Shown here piece by piece: positions 60,074 through 64,000 of a stretch of DNA of 64,000 nt. The notes below the pieces were generated by a model. It was not told where the DNA came from. It ran no database searches and saw nothing but the letters and a program-made list of their open reading frames with translations. Numbering within the stretch: position 1 is the stretch's first letter; every line of letters begins with the position of its first letter. This DNA is from a virus, in the IMG/VR virus record IMGVR_UViG_3300033146_000946, positions 64,001 to 128,000 of that record; one strand, written 5' to 3'. Both the position numbers and the translations under genes were made by a program.

Positions 60074-61222
60074 TTAATCATCTAATACAGATAAATCCAA
60101 ATCATCATTATTGTCATCTTTAATATCATCAATTTCTTTATTAGCTAATTCTAAAAATTTTGGTTCTAATAAAGTTTCTAAATAATTAATAGCTTCATTA
60201 GGTAATCCTCTATTTTCACTTTCAATCATTTCTTTTAAACCCCGAGCTTTATATTCTATATCATTTCCATCAGTATCTTTATAAATCACAGTTTTACCAT
60301 CATGTAAACCTAAATCTTTAGCTATAGCTATAATATTAAATCTTTTATCAAATTTACCTTTATAAAAATAACCTTTTAAAGTTAATCCTTTATATCTATT
60401 AGCACCTTTAATTTTATCGATTTTATATGTAACTACATAACTATGAGGTGGAAGTTTTGGAACAGAATATGGCCATTGTGTTGCTGATTCTGATTTAGTC
60501 ATTTTTACAATTAAATTACAATAATGTTTAATAGCATTACCACCAGTCATACCATCAAATGGCATACCGCCACCAATACCAGCTGTTCTAATTTGTGATA
60601 CAAGCATAATAGATAAACCTGTATTTAAAGAAGTATACATTCTAAAAAATTGTGAATATAATCTTGGAATAAGAGCCATTGTATTATCTGATACAGATTT
60701 AGTATCTTTACCTTTATATAATTCACCTTCAGGAGCTAAAGCTTGTAATGTATCAATAGTTAGAATATCAACAGGAACTTCCCCAGTCGCAGCTTTATTA
60801 CACATATCTAATGATTGTTCTACAGTTTCAAATTCAGCAACTTGAATCTGATCAAATTTTACACCAGCTTGATCCCAATAATTTCTATCCATAGTTTTTT
60901 CTTGATTCATATATAAATGAAAAGCGTCATATTCTTTTTGAGTATATGCAACCATATCTCTAATAAAAGTTGATTTACCAACTCCAGGACCACCATAGAT
61001 AACATTTACTAAACCTTGAAAATTACCACCTGTTAATATATCATATGCTATATTACCAGTTTTATATTGTTCGATAATTCCAATATCTTCGTTTTCTGAT
61101 AAAATACCAATTTTAACATTTGGATTATCTTCTAATTTATATTTTTTAATAAATGATTTATTTGAACTTTTTATCTTTCTTTTCTTTTCAGCATTAGAAA
61201 GATTATTTTTTCTTAAAGACAT
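60074..61222 (-). CDS. recA: RecA/UvsX-like recombinase
   Basis: TG..AYD.LTGG, GGPGVGKS, TIDTLQAL, SQIR and TGGNAIKHY; likely start at MSLRK after GAGGAG. Confidence 0.88.
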   Translation of the reverse strand: MSLRKNNLSNAEKKRKIKSSNKSFIKKYKLEDNPNVKIGILSENEDIGIIEQYKTGNIAYDILTGGNFQGLVNVIYGGPGVGKSTFIRDMVAYTQKEYDAFHLYMNQEKTMDRNYWDQAGVKFDQIQVAEFETVEQSLDMCNKAATGEVPVDILTIDTLQALAPEGELYKGKDTKSVSDNTMALIPRLYSQFFRMYTSLNTGLSIMLVSQIRTAGIGGGMPFDGMTGGNAIKHYCNLIVKMTKSESATQWPYSVPKLPPHSYVVTYKIDKIKGANRYKGLTLKGYFYKGKFDKRFNIIAIAKDLGLHDGKTVIYKDTDGNDIEYKARGLKEMIESENRGLPNEAINYLETLLEPKFLELANKEIDDIKDDNNDDLDLSVLDD

Positions 61223-61739
61223 TATTATTCTCCTCAAAAAGATTATATTGACGATTATTTATTTCTTCTAATTCTTTATTTAAAGATTCTTCTAATTCTT
61301 TAAATTTTTCATTATATTTTGATTTAATTGCATCTATAATTTTTATAGATCGTTTTATTAATTTTTTATATTCGTATCGTTCTGTTTTAGATTTACATGA
61401 TGATATATTTGATTCTACAAAACGCATCAATGACATACCTACGATAATATGAAGTACATCTTTAAATATAATACTATCTGGAATAGATAATAATTTTATT
61501 CCTTTATTTTCTGTTATAAATAAAGGAATCTTTTTTTGTAAATTAGCAGCATCAATTAATCTATCAATATCTTTACGCAATATAGAAATATTTTTAGTTT
61601 CTGAAAATTTACATTGTGTTATAGTAGATAAACCAATTACATCTTCTTCACCTTTTCCATTACCTGAACCAGGAACAGTTTCAGCTTTATCTAATAACAA
61701 TAATTCTGTCATTAGATCTTCAAGATTTTGCCATGACAT
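61203..61739 (-). CDS. Putative Holliday-junction resolvase-like PD-(D/E)XK nuclease
   Basis: W..LE...PGSG....D......QCK pattern, next to recA. Confidence 0.5.
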   Translation of the reverse strand: MSWQNLEDLMTELLLLDKAETVPGSGNGKGEEDVIGLSTITQCKFSETKNISILRKDIDRLIDAANLQKKIPLFITENKGIKLLSIPDSIIFKDVLHIIVGMSLMRFVESNISSCKSKTERYEYKKLIKRSIKIIDAIKSKYNEKFKELEESLNKELEEINNRQYNLFEENNNVFKKK

Positions 61740-61742
61740 AAT

Positions 61743-62063
61743 TTATCCTTTAACTAAATATTTATATATTCCAAAATATTTACATAGTGTATAACCTGAT
61801 TTAGCTAATTCATTTTTACTATCTTTTTTAAATGTATCTCTAAATTCAATTGCTATTTCTTTTATTTTATCAATATCTTCTTCATGCATTAATTCGATAA
61901 CTTTTTTATTTAAAAAATCTCTACCAGTTGTTAAAGCATCATCAAAATTACATTCATTTTCAATTTGTAAAACTCGTACTAATTGAATTAATTGTGAATC
62001 TATAGCATTTGCTACATGACCAGAATTAATCGTAATATTGTCCATAAAATTCCTCATTTTCAT
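61743..62063 (-). CDS. Hypothetical protein
   Basis: ORF track. Confidence 0.5.
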   Translation of the reverse strand: MKMRNFMDNITINSGHVANAIDSQLIQLVRVLQIENECNFDDALTTGRDFLNKKVIELMHEEDIDKIKEIAIEFRDTFKKDSKNELAKSGYTLCKYFGIYKYLVKG

Positions 62064-62298
62064 TTGGAGATAAAATAGTAGATATAGTATTAACTGTGGA
62101 TTCTAATTCTGCCATTATATCTTGAATTTCTGATTTATTAGAATCATCTAATAATGTTATTTCTAATTGCAAAAATCCTAATGATTTAATTACATAATTT
62201 TTTAATTCTGTTATTCTTTCATCAGTACAATTATCATTATATTCTAATTTTACTGTATGTTTCATTTCAGAATTAGTTAATGATATTATTTGTTTCAT
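62026..62298 (-). CDS. Hypothetical protein (90 aa)
   Basis: ORF track, with RBS. Confidence 0.5.
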   Translation of the reverse strand: MKQIISLTNSEMKHTVKLEYNDNCTDERITELKNYVIKSLGFLQLEITLLDDSNKSEIQDIMAELESTVNTISTILSPNENEEFYGQYYD

Positions 62299-62306
62299 AC
62301 TAACCT

Positions 62307-62900
62307 CTAGAATTCAATATCGTTAGAATCTATATCTACTGTTTTCTTTTTAGATTTTTTTAATAATTCTTTTGATTTTTTAATAGGTTCAATTGCTGTT
62401 GGAGTAATAACAGATAAATCTGATTTTTTAATCAAATCTTTTTTCTTATATTTTAAATATTCTTGATAACCTTGATATATTAATGATGATGTATCTGGAT
62501 TAGATTCCAAATAAGTTTTTGCTCTATCATAATATTCTTCATCAGCTAAACCAAGTAAATATTTAATTTTAAAATTTTCTTCTAATTCTTCTTTAGCATC
62601 TTCAAATGATACATCAATAATATCATTAACAATAAGTGTATCAGCGATCATATTTACAGCAGATAACTTAATTGTATCTTTAAATAATTTATTTAATTTG
62701 GTTGATGTTAAATTATCATCTTCCATAATTTGCTCAATATCTTCAGTAATATCGATATTTTTAATATGTTCATTAGCAATATTAATAAAAATTGGTGAGT
62801 TTATAATATTGTTAATATATACTTTATATAAAGAAGTATTTTTAAGTTCTTTAAATTTTTTAACATCATTTACTGAAATAGAATATTGTTTATTATTCAT
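62307..62900 (-). CDS. Hypothetical protein
   Basis: Track ORF is 62307-63002; the start MNNKQY after GGAG is more plausible. Confidence 0.5.
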   Translation of the reverse strand: MNNKQYSISVNDVKKFKELKNTSLYKVYINNIINSPIFINIANEHIKNIDITEDIEQIMEDDNLTSTKLNKLFKDTIKLSAVNMIADTLIVNDIIDVSFEDAKEELEENFKIKYLLGLADEEYYDRAKTYLESNPDTSSLIYQGYQEYLKYKKKDLIKKSDLSVITPTAIEPIKKSKELLKKSKKKTVDIDSNDIEF

Positions 62901-63282
62901 TATTTTCTCCATTTGATTTTTGTTTGTTTTTCCATTTTGTATGAGAATCTTCTTGTTGTTGTCTATGTTCATGCAACATTTTAGAATATTTACTGATTTC
63001 ATTTTTATTTAGTTCAGTATAATAAATTCTCATAACATATAATTTATCACCAGATAAATCTAATACATCTGTATCTTTAAAATTAAAAGCGGTTATATAA
63101 CCTCTTTCATTTTTTCTATCAACAACAACTGTTGTTTCTTCACATTCACCATTAGCGGCTAATTGTAATAATTCATCTACTGATGAACATTCAAAAAATA
63201 ATGTTGATCTTTCGCCAAGATGTTCTTTTGCCATTACTTGTAATGGCTTTGGTAAATTACCTTTATTTGTGATTTCTTGCAT
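62893..63282 (-). CDS. Hypothetical protein (129 aa)
   Basis: AGGAG RBS. Confidence 0.55.
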   Translation of the reverse strand: MQEITNKGNLPKPLQVMAKEHLGERSTLFFECSSVDELLQLAANGECEETTVVVDRKNERGYITAFNFKDTDVLDLSGDKLYVMRIYYTELNKNEISKYSKMLHEHRQQQEDSHTKWKNKQKSNGENNE

Positions 63283-63533
63283 TATTTCTCCTGATATATT
63301 ATTAGATAACTATAATTGTGATATGTATAATTTTGTAAAGGTTCATTACCTGAATAATCATAACCATAATTAATATTATCTAATTGTTGTATTATATCTA
63401 ATATAATTAATGTATTTTGATAATTGTTAATAAAATTTTTAATATCATCAATACTATAAAATATATCAGATAATATAGGTTTATCTAAATTTTGAGCTGT
63501 TAGTTTTGGTAATGGAACTCGTCTTAAATTCAT
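63282..63533 (-). CDS. Hypothetical protein (MNLR N-terminus)
   Basis: Translationally coupled ORF. Confidence 0.5.
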   Translation of the reverse strand: MNLRRVPLPKLTAQNLDKPILSDIFYSIDDIKNFINNYQNTLIILDIIQQLDNINYGYDYSGNEPLQNYTYHNYSYLIIYQEK

Positions 63534-64000
63534 GTAATAAATCCTTGTTTTCTATCAAAATTTAATATGCTCCTATATTGATATTTATTACCTATTCTAT
63601 ATTTATCATATATATCAATATATTTTCTATTTAAAAATTTATTTGGTTCATTTACTTTACGAATCCATATCGAACAATCAAATAATAATCCATTAAATTG
63701 TTTATTCCATTCTTCTACAGTAGAATATGGTTTTGAATTATTTGGATTAATTCTTAATTGTGAAGTACATATAAGCTTTATATTATAATTACTTAATAAT
63801 TTAATTAAATTATATAACTTATCCTTATTAAGAATATCTGCAGTATCTATAAATATATAATCAAATATTGATAAATTTCTATTTATATTAGAAATATAAT
63901 TCATAAAATCTTCATAAGATCCTTGAAAAATAAATACAAAATTATATATACCAAAATAATATTTTTTTAAATATTCTCTGTTTAATTGATTACCAGTATC
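63530..64000 (-). CDS. Second RecA-family ATPase-like protein (5'-partial)
   Basis: Frame is open to the window edge; Walker-B-like 'YIFIDT' and 'CTSQLR' motifs. Confidence 0.45.
   Translation of the reverse strand, partial: DTGNQLNREYLKKYYFGIYNFVFIFQGSYEDFMNYISNINRNLSIFDYIFIDTADILNKDKLYNLIKLLSNYNIKLICTSQLRINPNNSKPYSTVEEWNKQFNGLLFDCSIWIRKVNEPNKFLNRKYIDIYDKYRIGNKYQYRSILNFDRKQGFIT

Noticed and set aside
25515-62916. Shadow ORFs 25515-25700, 25552-25734, 28936-29133, 35733-35927, 39965-40153, 42573-42755, 44193-44402, 44988-45332, 55316-55501 and 62698-62916
   Set aside because: They overlap better-supported genes and have no recognisable motifs or RBS.
1-64000. Stop-codon reassignment (alternative genetic code)
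   Set aside because: Coding density is high under code 11, core genes are uninterrupted, and TAA, TAG and TGA all end genes at sensible positions.
1-64000. tRNA or rRNA genes
   Set aside because: No GC-rich cloverleaf or T-loop GTTCRA context was found in the few intergenic gaps.

Overview
This is a 64-kb slice of a very AT-rich (roughly 20-25% GC by eye), densely coding large dsDNA bacteriophage. It uses the standard genetic code, GGAG-type ribosome-binding sites and sigma70-like TTGAYT-N17-TATATT promoters. The host cannot be assigned from sequence alone. (1) 1-20.2 kb (+): a tail/baseplate-like structural module, with a Ser/Thr/Asn-rich repeat fibre and several apparently paralogous large proteins. 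(2) 20.2-31.4 kb: a solo Cas4-like nuclease, an AT-rich divergent origin-like region, an HNH protein, a Sak/Rad52-like annealing protein, a DnaG-DnaB primase-helicase and three GT-B glycosyltransferases. (3) 31.5-64 kb (-): Hsp20, a sigma70-family factor, ATP-dependent DNA ligase, GMP reductase, a class II ribonucleotide reductase split by a 1,092-nt group I intron with a LAGLIDADG endonuclease, a class 3 lipase, a family B DNA polymerase with a 330-aa intein, GroES, UvrD, a dATP/dGTP diphosphohydrolase and RecA. The best candidate for a novel system is a phage-encoded ubiquitin-like module at 50.9-54.3 kb: a ThiF/E1-like enzyme, a 767-aa protein with a Cys-bearing C-terminal domain, GroES and a 72-aa beta-grasp protein ending in Gly-Gly, with no thiamine or Moco genes in the window. 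Also notable are a dispersed set of small ORFs sharing an M(I)NLR N-terminus, a stand-alone voltage-sensor-like protein, and an RNR active-site-like motif inside a tiny ORF. No tRNA, rRNA or CRISPR array was seen. All family calls come from motif recognition by eye; no database searches were run.
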